Shown here piece after piece: positions 1 through 8,692 of a stretch of DNA of 10,136 nucleotides. Made by a program: the position numbers and the translations under genes. Numbering within the stretch: position 1 is the stretch's first letter; the number at the start of each line of letters is the position of its first letter. The stretch lies in NCBI GenBank assembly GCA_031366795.1, contig JANLOX010000315.1, positions 1-10,136 of the forward strand. Reading direction: 5' to 3'. Under the pieces are notes generated by a model that had not been told where the DNA came from, ran no database searches, and saw only the letters and a list, made by a program, of their open reading frames with translations. The stretch comes from Candidatus Eiseniibacteriota bacterium. GTDB taxonomy: Bacteria > Eisenbacteria > RBG-16-71-46.

Positions 1-384
1 GGGGCGCTACAGCGGCCCAAGCGTTTCTTTGGCTCGGCGCGCAACATCGAAGGCGGGGGATCGCTGACCATCATCGCCACTGCGCTGATCGATACCGGCT
101 CGCGCATGGACGAAGTGATCTTCGAAGAGTTCAAGGGCACCGGCAATTCCGAACTCGTGCTCGACCGCAAGATCGCCGACAAGCGCATCTACCCGGCGAT
201 CGATATCAACCGCTCGGGCACGCGCAAGGAAGAGCTGTTGATGAGCGACGACTACCTGCAGCGCGTGTGGATCCTGCGCAAGTTCCTCAACGAATTGAAT
301 TCCGTCGATGCGATGGAGTTCCTGATCAACAAGCTGGCGGACACCAAGACGAACAAGAAGTTCCTCGACGGCATGAATTCGTAA
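1..384 (+). CDS. rho: Transcription termination factor Rho, C-terminal part (5'-truncated by the window)
   Basis: Frame 1 is open from base 1: [80 protein letters not shown]...; these are the hallmark Rho C-terminal motifs. Stop TAA at 382-384. Confidence 0.98.
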   Translation, partial: GALQRPKRFFGSARNIEGGGSLTIIATALIDTGSRMDEVIFEEFKGTGNSELVLDRKIADKRIYPAIDINRSGTRKEELLMSDDYLQRVWILRKFLNELNSVDAMEFLINKLADTKTNKKFLDGMNS

Positions 385-446
385 GGTCTCCCGTATCGCG
401 CCGCTGCGCCCCGCTACGCGCAAGTGCTGGATCACCCGCCCCGGCC

Positions 447-480
447 GCGCCGTAGCCGCGTCTCCCGAGGGCTACGGCGC
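447..480. repeat. GC-rich inverted repeat between convergent genes (possible bidirectional terminator or REP-like element)
   Basis: Perfect 11-bp arms GCGCCGTAGCC (447-457) and GGCTACGGCGC (470-480) around a 12-nt loop; an outer pairing CCGCCC (436-441)/GGGCGG (499-504) is also possible. No U-tract on either side. Confidence 0.55.
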
Positions 481-518
481 TCGCTCGCAACGGTGCATGG
501 GCGGTGGCCCGCTGCCCG

Positions 519-3500
519 CTACAACCAGGCCTGCGCTTTGTCGCGCCGCAATTGCAGCACGTGGACGTCTGGGTCCACGACGATGCGCGTGGGCTTGAAG
601 TCCGTGCGGATCGTCACGGCGCGTGACTCGCCGGCGGCCAGCGTGATGCGCGCACGTTTGTCGATGTAATCCTTCCTCGACTTGCCCGCGCCATCAAAGC
701 GGTCCTCGTTCGCCGCGGCGACATCGATCGGCATGCGGCCCGTGCCGTCGTTGCGCACGGTGACGGACACGACCCAGCCCTTGCCTTCTTGGCGGCGCTT
801 GGCGTCGCCCAGTTTGTACTCCGGCAGCACGGTGCCATACACCCACTGCGCCACCAGCGAGTCATACGCCACTGGGTCCGGCGCAAAGCGGCGCATGGTG
901 ATCAGGTAGTCCTGCAGCGACACGTGATCCGTGGTATCGCGGAACTCGCGAACAAACGACTGGATGCCCTTGAGTGCGACCTCGTGGCCCATCAGGTCCT
1001 GCATCATCCACAGCACCCAGCCGCTGCGCTCGTACAACAGTCGCGAGTCGCCTACACGCGATTGGTCGACCTGGGTCAGCGGGCGCTCGGCGTCTTTGCG
1101 GCGGCCGGTCGCGTAGCGCGCTTCGCAGAACTTGCGGAACGCCATGCCGCCATCGGGGCCTTGCACTTGATCCGTCAGGAACATCGTCGAGAGGTGCGCC
1201 ATGCCTTCCGACATGATCTCGCAGCCTGGGCCTTCCGCGGGCATCACGATGTTGCCCCACCACTGGTGCGCGGCCTCGTGCGCCGTGATCCAGAACGCGG
1301 CGTCGCCCTTGGGTTCGGACTTGGTGAGAAAGCCGATGCCCTCGGCGAACGTGATGTTCGTCGGTGAGCCCTGCGCATAGTCGGCGAGTGCTGGGAACTC
1401 GCTCAGGCGTAAGTCACGCCACGGGTACTCGCAGTACCACTTCGAGTACCAGCGCCGTGCCTGCACCAGCGTGTTCAACATCTCGTCCACGTTGTAAGGG
1501 TGATGCGCGTCGTAGTAGACGGTGACGCCCTCGGCGTGCTTCTGCTTCCAGCGGCCGGCGCACACGTTGAAAATGCGCACCGGGTGATCACTCTCCCACA
1601 GTGAGGTTCGCCGCCCATTCGCCACGACATCGCTCTTCAGGATGCCCGTGGCGTTGTAGGTGTACTCGGCGGGCCCGCTGACACGAATGCGCGTGGGGAA
1701 GTAGTGCTCGGCCATCGACAAGCCGGCGTGCGTTTGGCCCACGTAGAAGTCGTCGGGGAATATTCTCTTTTCCGCCTTGTTCTTGCTTTGGATTCCGATC
1801 TCCGGGTCGTAGCCGATCGTCGGTACCCACGACGGCTTCTCGAAGCCCGTCAGCACGACACCGGCCGGCAGTACGAACTGCTGGTAGGCGCCGCCGTTCT
1901 TGCTGATGCCCTTGGGGAAAACGCCGACATAGCTGAAGCCGATCTGCATCGAGTCGCCCGGCGCCAGCGGCGTGGGTGGCGTGAACACCTCGAGGTGCGA
2001 GCGGTCGTCCGGCTTGTAGGGCTGGCCGTTCATGGTCCAACTCACGCTGTCCCAGCTGAAGCCCATGGAGAGCGGGATCTGGCGCAGCGGCGTGACGTTC
2101 GCGTTGGTCAGCACATAGTGTCCGCTGACGCGGTACCAGCGCTTCGCAGGTTCGAGCGTCATGTCGATATCGACGTCCCCCAGCGAGGGCAGGGGTGCGT
2201 CGTACCAGGTCGAAACGTTGCGGCTCCAGTAGTCGTGTTCCAGCTTCTCCATGGTCTTACCCTGGAAGCCGTCCTGCACCTGGAAGTACAGCATCGTGCC
2301 GGCGACCAACGGCAGCAGCGCGATGGGCGTGAGGCCCAGCACCGTACGGCCGAGCGCCGCCGGTTGGAGCCGTTGCACGATGCGCGTGGCGTCGTGCTCA
2401 CGCCGCGGGAACAGCTTGATCGTGATCGCGGTGAACAACACCGCCAGCCCGAGCACCTCGATACGGTTGAGCACGAGCGCATTGCGATCGAGTTCGAACA
2501 CGCCCATGTCGGTCCAGCGCACGGCACTCCACAGGTCCCAGTTGCCCACCCAGTTGATCTGCTGCTTCATCTGCATTACGCCGGTGAGCACCATGACGCC
2601 GAGCCCGAACCCGTAGGTCGTGAAGCGATTGCCGGTCGCTGCGAAGCACATCATCACGAATGCCGTCCACACCAGCAGCGTCGGCACCAGCAGCAGCCCC
2701 CAGGTGATCGCGAATGGCCCGAGGTCGAACGGGACCTTGCCCTGCACGAGCAGCACGAGCGAGCAACCGATCAGGCACGCGAGCATGACGACCAGGCCGA
2801 CGATGGCGTTGGCCAGGCACTTGGCCAGCAGCAATGCGCCCGTGCGGACCGGCGTGGCGTAGGCGATCGAAGCGAGCCCGGTGCTGCGTTCACGCTCGAG
2901 CGACTCGACCGTGTAGAACAGCAGCAACAGGCACAGCAACAGCGTGAGCGTGTTGAGTAGCCGCACGGCGAGCAGGCCGGGCGTGGCGAGCAGGGTCGTG
3001 TCGAAGGCGCCCGTGTTGACCACGCTGCCGAACGCCTGCAGCAGGATGATCGGCACGAACAGGTAGAGCCCCGGCTGGCTCGCCAGCTCGCGCAGTTCGA
3101 CACCGAGCATCTCGCGCGTGCCCGAGAAGAAGCCGGGCGGCGTGAAGCGCATGGCGAGGCTCGCCAGCGGCCGCGGCAACATCGTGGCGAGCGTCATGGG
3201 TTGTGCTGCCGGTGCCGCGGACTTCGCTGCCGTCATCCCGAGTGCGTGTTGTTGCGCCGGAAGCTTGCCCGAGCTGCGCAGGGTGGCGGCGAAGCGCAGT
3301 TGCGCGAGCCACACGCCACCCAGGCCGAGGGCCACCCACATGAAGCGCATGACGACGAAGCCCGGATCGAGCGGGATCGAGGCATGGTTGTAGAACGCCA
3401 CGCCGCGATCCACGCGCAGCCACGCTTCGCTCAACCAGCGCACGCCTGCGGGATCGATCATCTGCAGCGCGTAGTTGAGGCGCGGATCGAGCCAGTTCGG

Positions 3501-4124
3501 CGACCACTCCCACAGGAAGAAGGCGCCCGCGAGCGCCGCCGAGACGGGAGCGAGGAACACGAGGATTGACTTGCGCGTCAGCGTGCCGAGCGCGAACGCG
3601 GTGCCCGACATGAAGATCAGCGTGGGGAGCCCGAACACGAATGCCGGGCGCGCGTAGTTGAGCCACGAGAACGGCCCGAGGATGTCGGCGCGGTCTCCCA
3701 CGGGGAAGCCATGGTTGAAGAACGCCGCGAGCGCCAGGTGGAGGAACAGCACCCCGGTGAACGCCGCGAGCACCGCGAGGTATTTACCCCAGATGTATTC
3801 GGCAGGCTTGAGCGGCGTGGCATGCAGCACCTCGCCGACCTTCAACTCGTGATCGTGAACCACCGCGAGACCGGCGGCGATCGAGACGAAGAACCCGTAG
3901 CAAATGGTGACGAGGATCGACAGCAGCTGCGCGATCGCGAACTCCGAGGTGATCCAGGCTTTGACGCCACCGACTGCCGAATTGCCCGAGCCGACCGAGG
4001 CGTTGCCGGTCGACATCTGTTGCGACAGGAAGCCCAGCACCAGCAGGAGGATCCAGAACAGCGGGCGGCGCGTGTTGTGCGCGAATTCGAGGCGGAAGAC
4101 TTCGTAGAGGCGTTTCGGGTTCAT
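519..4124 (-). CDS. ABC-2 type transporter permease (two tandem permease domains) fused to a C-terminal M1-family zinc aminopeptidase
   Basis: The N-terminal ~615 aa hold two hydrophobic multi-TM blocks, each with the ABC-2 loop motif ([34 protein letters not shown]). The C-terminal domain has HEAAHQWWG...SEG (HEXXH at 1266-1280 with a downstream Glu), a YERSG tyrosine motif and a terminal IVVDPD motif. The start overlaps the ATPase stop (ATGA, 4121-4124). Confidence 0.92.
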   Translation of the reverse strand: MNPKRLYEVFRLEFAHNTRRPLFWILLLVLGFLSQQMSTGNASVGSGNSAVGGVKAWITSEFAIAQLLSILVTICYGFFVSIAAGLAVVHDHELKVGEVLHATPLKPAEYIWGKYLAVLAAFTGVLFLHLALAAFFNHGFPVGDRADILGPFSWLNYARPAFVFGLPTLIFMSGTAFALGTLTRKSILVFLAPVSAALAGAFFLWEWSPNWLDPRLNYALQMIDPAGVRWLSEAWLRVDRGVAFYNHASIPLDPGFVVMRFMWVALGLGGVWLAQLRFAATLRSSGKLPAQQHALGMTAAKSAAPAAQPMTLATMLPRPLASLAMRFTPPGFFSGTREMLGVELRELASQPGLYLFVPIILLQAFGSVVNTGAFDTTLLATPGLLAVRLLNTLTLLLCLLLLFYTVESLERERSTGLASIAYATPVRTGALLLAKCLANAIVGLVVMLACLIGCSLVLLVQGKVPFDLGPFAITWGLLLVPTLLVWTAFVMMCFAATGNRFTTYGFGLGVMVLTGVMQMKQQINWVGNWDLWSAVRWTDMGVFELDRNALVLNRIEVLGLAVLFTAITIKLFPRREHDATRIVQRLQPAALGRTVLGLTPIALLPLVAGTMLYFQVQDGFQGKTMEKLEHDYWSRNVSTWYDAPLPSLGDVDIDMTLEPAKRWYRVSGHYVLTNANVTPLRQIPLSMGFSWDSVSWTMNGQPYKPDDRSHLEVFTPPTPLAPGDSMQIGFSYVGVFPKGISKNGGAYQQFVLPAGVVLTGFEKPSWVPTIGYDPEIGIQSKNKAEKRIFPDDFYVGQTHAGLSMAEHYFPTRIRVSGPAEYTYNATGILKSDVVANGRRTSLWESDHPVRIFNVCAGRWKQKHAEGVTVYYDAHHPYNVDEMLNTLVQARRWYSKWYCEYPWRDLRLSEFPALADYAQGSPTNITFAEGIGFLTKSEPKGDAAFWITAHEAAHQWWGNIVMPAEGPGCEIMSEGMAHLSTMFLTDQVQGPDGGMAFRKFCEARYATGRRKDAERPLTQVDQSRVGDSRLLYERSGWVLWMMQDLMGHEVALKGIQSFVREFRDTTDHVSLQDYLITMRRFAPDPVAYDSLVAQWVYGTVLPEYKLGDAKRRQEGKGWVVSVTVRNDGTGRMPIDVAAANEDRFDGAGKSRKDYIDKRARITLAAGESRAVTIRTDFKPTRIVVDPDVHVLQLRRDKAQAWL

Positions 4125-5041
4125 GCGCCGGCGCGCACCATCGTGGCGGCATCCGCGTGGGCACCCGGCATGCTGCCCGTGCGCATCAGTACGAGATAGG
4201 CGTCCTCGAGCGTCGGAGTGACGGGCTCGAAGCCCTGCGGCGGGCGGTGATCCGGCGCATACACGCGCACGCGATGGCTGCCCTCGACGAGGATCGCCTG
4301 CGTGACGGTCGCTTTGGTGTGGAGCGTCGCGAGCCGCTCATAGGGAACAGCACACTCGAAGATCGCGCCCGCGATGGCCGTGCGCGCCTCGCCCGGCGTG
4401 GTGCGGGCGAGCAGGCGCCCGCCGCGGAGCACCGCGAAGCGCGGGCACAACACCGCGACATCCTCGACGATGTGCGTCGACAGCACCACGGTGCGGTCGG
4501 TCGCGAGTTCGGTGAGCAGGTGATAGAAGCGCAGCCGTTCCTCGGGATCGAGTCCCGCCGTCGGCTCATCGACGATGATCAGGCGCGGGTTACCGGCGAT
4601 TGCCTGAGCAATCCCGAGGCGCTGGCGCATGCCACCGGAATACGTCTTCACCTTGCGCCGCGCCGCGGCTAAAAGATGCACGCGTTCGAGTAACTCTGCA
4701 GTGAGCTGCTTGAGGCCGCCCGTGGAATCAACGCCCTTGAGACGCAGCAGGTGCGTGAGCATCGCCTCGCCCGACAAGTGCGGGTAGAACCCAAACTCCT
4801 GTGGTAGGTAGCCGAGGCGCGCGCGCAACTTCTCAGGGGACGCGAGCACATCCACGCCATCGAGGCTGATGCGCCCCGCCGTCGGCTCGAGCAGCCCGGC
4901 GAGCACGCGCATCAGCGTCGTCTTGCCGGCGCCATTGGGACCGAGCAGGCCGAACATGCCGTTGGGGATATCGAGATCGATCCCCTGCAATGCGGCCACA
5001 GGACCCGGATAGATCTTGACCAGTTCACGAATCTCAAGCAT
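4121..5041 (-). CDS. ABC transporter ATP-binding protein (ABC-2 exporter type)
   Basis: Walker [11 protein letters not shown]-loop YLPQE, signature YSGGMRQR, Walker B IIVDEPT, H-loop LSTH. Start placed at the ATG at 5041 (MLEIRELVK) because GAGGT lies just upstream and the ATPase fold starts there; the 24-aa extension to 5113 is unlikely to be real. Confidence 0.95.
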   Translation of the reverse strand: MLEIRELVKIYPGPVAALQGIDLDIPNGMFGLLGPNGAGKTTLMRVLAGLLEPTAGRISLDGVDVLASPEKLRARLGYLPQEFGFYPHLSGEAMLTHLLRLKGVDSTGGLKQLTAELLERVHLLAAARRKVKTYSGGMRQRLGIAQAIAGNPRLIIVDEPTAGLDPEERLRFYHLLTELATDRTVVLSTHIVEDVAVLCPRFAVLRGGRLLARTTPGEARTAIAGAIFECAVPYERLATLHTKATVTQAILVEGSHRVRVYAPDHRPPQGFEPVTPTLEDAYLVLMRTGSMPGAHADAATMVRAGA

Positions 5042-5079
5042 GGGGACCTCGGGGCAGAGGTTGGGGCGCGAATGTTCTC

Positions 5080-5108
5080 TATACGTCGGAACCCCGTCGC
5101 GGGTTTCT
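5080..5108 (-). promoter_or_regulatory. Candidate ECF sigma factor promoter for the ABC operon
   Basis: The minus strand reads AGAAAC-N17-CGTATA (-35 at 5108-5103, -10 at 5085-5080), resembling the GAAAC...CGTA consensus of SigW/SigM-like ECF promoters, about 40 nt upstream of the ATPase ATG. Confidence 0.5.
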
Positions 5109-5137
5109 CGCAAGCATGAGAAATCGCGACGGGGTTC
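5089..5137. repeat. Long inverted repeat in the divergent intergenic region
   Basis: GAACCCCGTCGCG-GG-TTTCTC [GCAAGCAT] GAGAAA-T-CGCGACGGGGTTC: a 13-bp perfect outer stem plus a 6-bp inner stem around an 8-nt loop. Confidence 0.85.
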
Positions 5138-5234
5138 GAACGGCGATGTGGGGACGTTCGCCGGAATCGGCCCGGCCCGTTAAGCTGATGGCGAACCAAA
5201 CGAATGCTCGCGCACTCTCAGGAGGAGATTGCCC

Positions 5235-5276
5235 ATGTACCGCCCCATCGCCGGCTGCCCGTCGCGTCCCGCGTGA
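5235..5276 (+). CDS. Possible 13-aa leader peptide (MYRPIAGCPSRPA)
   Basis: Strong Shine-Dalgarno AGGAGGAG (5220-5227) 7 nt before the ATG at 5235; its TGA overlaps the in-frame GTG (5273) of the Nudix gene (GTGA). Confidence 0.3.
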   Translation: MYRPIAGCPSRPA

Positions 5277-5821
5277 GCGAAGCCACGGTGTCTGCGCCTC
5301 ACGAACTCCTGGATGCGGCGGTGCTCGTCCCGGTCTACCGCGACGCGGCGGGTGAACTGCGCGTCGTCTTGCTGCGCCGCGCCGAGGGAGGACCGCATGG
5401 CGGTCAGATCGCGTTCCCCGGGGGAAAGCTCGATCTTGCGGACGCCTCGCTGCGTGACGCCGCGTTGCGTGAAGCTCACGAAGAGATCGGACTGCCACCT
5501 TCGAACGCGACGGTGCTCGAGACGCTCGGCACGATCGAGGTGAAGGTCTCCGGCTTCCGCGTGCATCCGTTCCTGGCGCGCGTCGTGCGGCCCGTCGAAT
5601 GGAAGATCGCCGAGCGCGAAGTCGCCGAGGTGCTGGAACCGCGCGTGAGCGATCTCGCCGATCCCGCGAACCTCGATGCGAACATGCAGCGTTTTCCCCA
5701 GTGGCCCGAGCCCGTGCGAATCGAATTCATCCGTATCGGCGAGCATCAGCTGTGGGGTGCCACGTATCGCGTGCTCAAGCCGCTGCTACCGAAGTTGCTC
5801 GAAGGTGGCTGGGGGTTCTAG
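5273..5821 (+). CDS. Nudix hydrolase, CoA pyrophosphatase (NudL/PCD1-like) subfamily
   Basis: AAVLVPV, LLRRA...HGGQIAFPGG (NuCoA motif), Nudix box GGKLDLADASLRDAALREAHEEIGL, EVAEV and LWGAT motifs. Start uncertain (ATG 5204, GTG 5273 or GTG 5288). Confidence 0.92.
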   Translation: MSEATVSAPHELLDAAVLVPVYRDAAGELRVVLLRRAEGGPHGGQIAFPGGKLDLADASLRDAALREAHEEIGLPPSNATVLETLGTIEVKVSGFRVHPFLARVVRPVEWKIAEREVAEVLEPRVSDLADPANLDANMQRFPQWPEPVRIEFIRIGEHQLWGATYRVLKPLLPKLLEGGWGF

Positions 5822-5857
5822 TCGTTGTCGTTAGAGTAGGGACGTGCGCCACGCCCG

Positions 5858-7387
5858 CTACTTCGCCTTGAGCGCCGCCGGCCGCAGCTCCGCGTCGATC
5901 TCGCGGCCCATGCGCGATGAGATCTGCGCCACCGCCTCGATATCCGAAGCGCGTGTGTTGAAGTTGACCACGCACGCGCGCAACACGTAGCGCCCGCGGA
6001 TCACCGCGTTCGACACGAACGCCTCGCCGCCGGTCTGCATGCGCGCGAGCACTTCCTGGTTGAGTGTGTTGAGGTACTCCTCGACGGCGGTTTCGCCTAC
6101 GCGCCCGCGCAGGTCGGGCGGCACGCAACGGTAGGTCGTGATGCTGAGCGAGTGCGTGCAGAACTCGAGATCGCTCGCCGCCTTCACGATGTCGGCGAGT
6201 TGCGCCGCCAACGCCATGTCGTCCGTGATCATGCGGCGATAACCCGCGGCTCCCGCATGCCGCAGCGCCAACCACACCTTGAGCGCGCGGAACCCGCGTG
6301 TGTTTTGGGGCCCAAAGTCGACGTAGTTCGTCGTCTGCTCCTCGAAGTGGTAGTAGGGCGGGTGGTACGAGAACGCGCGACGCAGCGCCTCGGGGTCGCG
6401 CACCAGCGTGCAACCCGCTTCGATCGGCGCATACAGCCATTTGTGCGGATCGACCGCGACCGAGTCGGCAAGCGAGAGCGCGCGCAGGTCGGCGGGCACC
6501 GAATCGACCGCCGCCGCGATGCCGCCGTAGGCGCCATCGACGTGGAACCACAGCTCCTGCTCCTTGCACAGCTTCGCGATTGCGGCAAGCGGATCGACCG
6601 CGCCCGTGCTCACCGAGCCGGCGGTGCCGATGACCGCGAACGGCAGGTCGCCATTCGCGCGGTCTGTAACGATCTGGCGTTGCAGTGCCGCCATGTCCAT
6701 GCGCAGCTCCGTGTCGGTCGGGATGAAGCGGATAGCGTCGGTGCCGAGCCCCGTGAGGTCCGCGGCTTTCTGGATCCACGTGTGCGTCTCGGCTGAGGCG
6801 TAGGCGCGCAGCTGGCGCCCGCCCTTCGCACCCGCGGCACGCACATCCCAATCGCTCTTGGCCACGCGCGCCGCCCAGAAGCCCACCATGTTCGCCATGT
6901 TCCCGCCGCTCACCAGCACGCCTGCGCCCGTGGTCGGGTAACCGATTAGCTCAGAGATCCAGCGAATCGTCTGCGTCTCGATCTCGGTGCCCGCCGGAGA
7001 GAGCGTCCAACTGCCGAGATTAGGGTTGACCGCCGCCGCGAGCATCTCGGCCAGCATGCCAATCGGAGCAGGAGAGGACGTGATGTAGCCGAGGAAGCGC
7101 GGATGGCCATTGAACAATGAGTGGTCGAACAGCAGCCGCGCCGTCTCCTCGAGCATCGGCCCAGGTGCTGTGCCGTGCTCCGGCAGCGGGCCATCCAACT
7201 TGAACGCCTCGCGCACGATCGAGGGCCGCGAGCCCGGAGTCACCGGCCGCGATGGAACCGAAGCGATCAAGTCGGCGAGTTGGTCGACGAGCGCGTGGCC
7301 CAGCGTCTTGAACGTGGCGGCGTCCATCGCCAGGGGAACTTCACGAGTGCTCGCAGCGGGAGCGGACTTCGAAGTCGTCGGGTTCAA
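5858..7387 (-). CDS. Group II PLP-dependent amino acid decarboxylase (aromatic-L-amino-acid/glutamate/DABA decarboxylase family)
   Basis: HPRFLGYI, GVLVSGGNMAN, GTAGSVSTGAVDPL, WFHVDGAYGG, PLP-lysine motif VDPHKWLY, RGFRALKVW and C-terminal LRACVVNFNT. TTG start with GAGGA 7 nt upstream; alternative ATG at 7327. Confidence 0.93.
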   Translation of the reverse strand: MNPTTSKSAPAASTREVPLAMDAATFKTLGHALVDQLADLIASVPSRPVTPGSRPSIVREAFKLDGPLPEHGTAPGPMLEETARLLFDHSLFNGHPRFLGYITSSPAPIGMLAEMLAAAVNPNLGSWTLSPAGTEIETQTIRWISELIGYPTTGAGVLVSGGNMANMVGFWAARVAKSDWDVRAAGAKGGRQLRAYASAETHTWIQKAADLTGLGTDAIRFIPTDTELRMDMAALQRQIVTDRANGDLPFAVIGTAGSVSTGAVDPLAAIAKLCKEQELWFHVDGAYGGIAAAVDSVPADLRALSLADSVAVDPHKWLYAPIEAGCTLVRDPEALRRAFSYHPPYYHFEEQTTNYVDFGPQNTRGFRALKVWLALRHAGAAGYRRMITDDMALAAQLADIVKAASDLEFCTHSLSITTYRCVPPDLRGRVGETAVEEYLNTLNQEVLARMQTGGEAFVSNAVIRGRYVLRACVVNFNTRASDIEAVAQISSRMGREIDAELRPAALKAK

Positions 7388-7411
7388 GGGAACATCCTCG
7401 GGATGGTTGAG

Positions 7412-8233
7412 CTAGCCTCTGAGGCCGTCAAACAAGTCGGATTCGATCGCGCGCCCGCCATTGACGGTGCTGAACACGCGGTAATAGTACTGCTTGCCCC
7501 ACAGCGCGGCATGCTGCTCGGGCGAGAGTGTCTTGAGTTTCTCGTAGGCGCCGATCTGGGAGTCATGGCACGACGCCGCGCGCCACACCTGCTCCCACTG
7601 CGCGAGCGTGTCGATGACCGTCGTCACCTGCCAATCCGGCCACGGGTTCACCTCGCGATCGACCCCGTCAACGTGCGCGACGAGCCGCTTGAACGCCTCC
7701 TGATAAGCCTTACGCGATCCCGCCGTCGTGATCAGGTAATAGAACTTGGACACCGCATGCGGCGCGAGCTCGCCCGGTGCGTCGAACGACGCATCCGCAG
7801 CCCGCACGATGGCGCCCATGGCGAGCTGGCTGATCGCGATATGGTCAGGATGGCCATACGCCCCATCGGGCGAGAAGGTCACGATCGCATGAGGCTGCAC
7901 GCGACGGATCTGCGTCGCGATTGCTTCGACGGCGTCCCGCGCGGGCACTTGATCCACCGCGCCATCCATGTAGCGCAGCAGCGTGAGATCGCGGATACCC
8001 AGCACCTCGACCGCGTTGCGTAGCTCCGCCTCGCGGATCTCCGCCATGCGGTCGGGCCCCGGATGTTCCGTGTCGCCTGGCGGCTTACCGTGCAGCCGAC
8101 CGCGCTGGCCCAGCGTGGCGCAGATCAGCGAAGTCTCGACGCCCTCGGAGGCGTAACGGGCCAGGGCGCCGCCGAAGCCGAGCGATTCGTCATCGGGGTG
8201 GGCGAGGATGGCCATCAGGCGAAGCGGGGGCAT
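7412..8233 (-). CDS. PIG-L/LmbE-family metal-dependent N-deacetylase (MshB/Mca/BshB-like)
   Basis: Metal-binding motifs AHPDDE and GAYGHPDH, plus ATLGQRG, REAELRNAVEVLG, LRYMDG and CHDSQ; GGAG upstream of the ATG. Confidence 0.93.
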   Translation of the reverse strand: MPPLRLMAILAHPDDESLGFGGALARYASEGVETSLICATLGQRGRLHGKPPGDTEHPGPDRMAEIREAELRNAVEVLGIRDLTLLRYMDGAVDQVPARDAVEAIATQIRRVQPHAIVTFSPDGAYGHPDHIAISQLAMGAIVRAADASFDAPGELAPHAVSKFYYLITTAGSRKAYQEAFKRLVAHVDGVDREVNPWPDWQVTTVIDTLAQWEQVWRAASCHDSQIGAYEKLKTLSPEQHAALWGKQYYYRVFSTVNGGRAIESDLFDGLRG

Positions 8234-8355
8234 GGGGCTCCGGGTCGGTTCGTGGGGTCAGCGTGGCGGGAAGAAGGACCCCGGGAAAGTAGCACCCAGC
8301 CGGATTCCGCTCACGCAAGGGGTGAGGTGTGCCTTTCGTGCGGCCAAGTTCAGTG

Positions 8356-8387
8356 TGGCGTAACGCCAATTCGCCGAAAATGGCGAA
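8356..8387. promoter_or_regulatory. Two adjacent palindromes sharing a GGCG half-site (candidate operator)
   Basis: TGGCGT-A-ACGCCA (8356-8368) and TTCGCC-GAAAAT-GGCGAA (8370-8387), in the divergent intergenic region. Confidence 0.35.
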
Positions 8388-8458
8388 ATGGGCTCACAGT
8401 AGACAATTTCCGGATCCCGCCTTTTCGATCACGTCACCATCCGATTTGCATTTTCTTG

Positions 8459-8488
8459 TTGCTTTGCCACCGCTGGGATTTGTAGCCT
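8459..8488 (+). promoter_or_regulatory. Candidate sigma70-type promoter
   Basis: TTGCTT (8459-8464), 18-nt spacer, TAGCCT (8483-8488), preceded by a T-rich tract (ATTTGCATTTTCTTG) that could act as an UP element. Confidence 0.4.
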
Positions 8489-8489
8489 T

Positions 8490-8624
8490 AGGTCGTTCCG
8501 TGGCCTGAGCTTCCTTGACCGGAGTGGCACTTGCCCCTTTCCCCCCCATCATCCAAGAGCGGAACCCGCGAATCGACCTCGTCGCAGCGCTGCTCAGCGC
8601 ATGCGTCGGGTCCTTTTTGTTTTT
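8490..8624 (+). ncRNA. Putative structured leader or small RNA upstream of the small-protein/TPR cassette
   Basis: Bounded by the candidate promoter and a terminator-like hairpin; long-range pairing GTTCCG (8495-8500)/CGGAAC (8560-8565); internal pyrimidine tract CCCCTTTCCCCCCC. I recognise no known RNA family. Confidence 0.3.
8575..8624 (+). terminator. Intrinsic terminator-like hairpin in the leader
   Basis: Imperfect stem GACC-T-CG-T-CGCA-GCGCT [GCTC] AGCGC-A-TGCG-T-CG-GGTC followed by CTTTTTGTTTTT. Confidence 0.55.
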
Positions 8625-8692
8625 CGGGGCGCATCCATGCCGGGAGTATTGACCCCGTCACCCGGAGCAGCAGATCCGAAGGAGCCGTTTTG

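Noticed and set aside
1704..2960. 418-aa plus-strand ORF and similar long antisense ORFs (7-435, 6152-6796, 7121-8023)
   Set aside because: Shadow ORFs opposite well-supported genes, as expected in high-GC coding DNA.
5042..5113. N-terminal extension of the ABC ATPase
   Set aside because: It overlaps the candidate promoter and inverted repeat; ATG 5041 has an RBS and matches the usual ATPase start.
5200..5230. CTCTCAGG as part of a glycine riboswitch
   Set aside because: The upstream GGAGA and CCGAAG elements of the aptamer are not present in the needed arrangement.
7412..8233. Naming the deacetylase mshB, mca or bshB
   Set aside because: The motifs are shared across the family and no pathway partner is in the window.
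8525..8540. TGGCAC followed by TTGC as a sigma54 -24/-12 promoter
   Set aside because: TTGC follows TGGCAC immediately; the required GG-N10-GC spacing is not met here or at the other TGGC sites I checked in 8340-8540.
8531..8692. 54-aa N-terminal extension of the small ORF from TTG 8531
   Set aside because: It would run through the terminator-like hairpin and bury the signal peptide; ATG 8693 has a better RBS.
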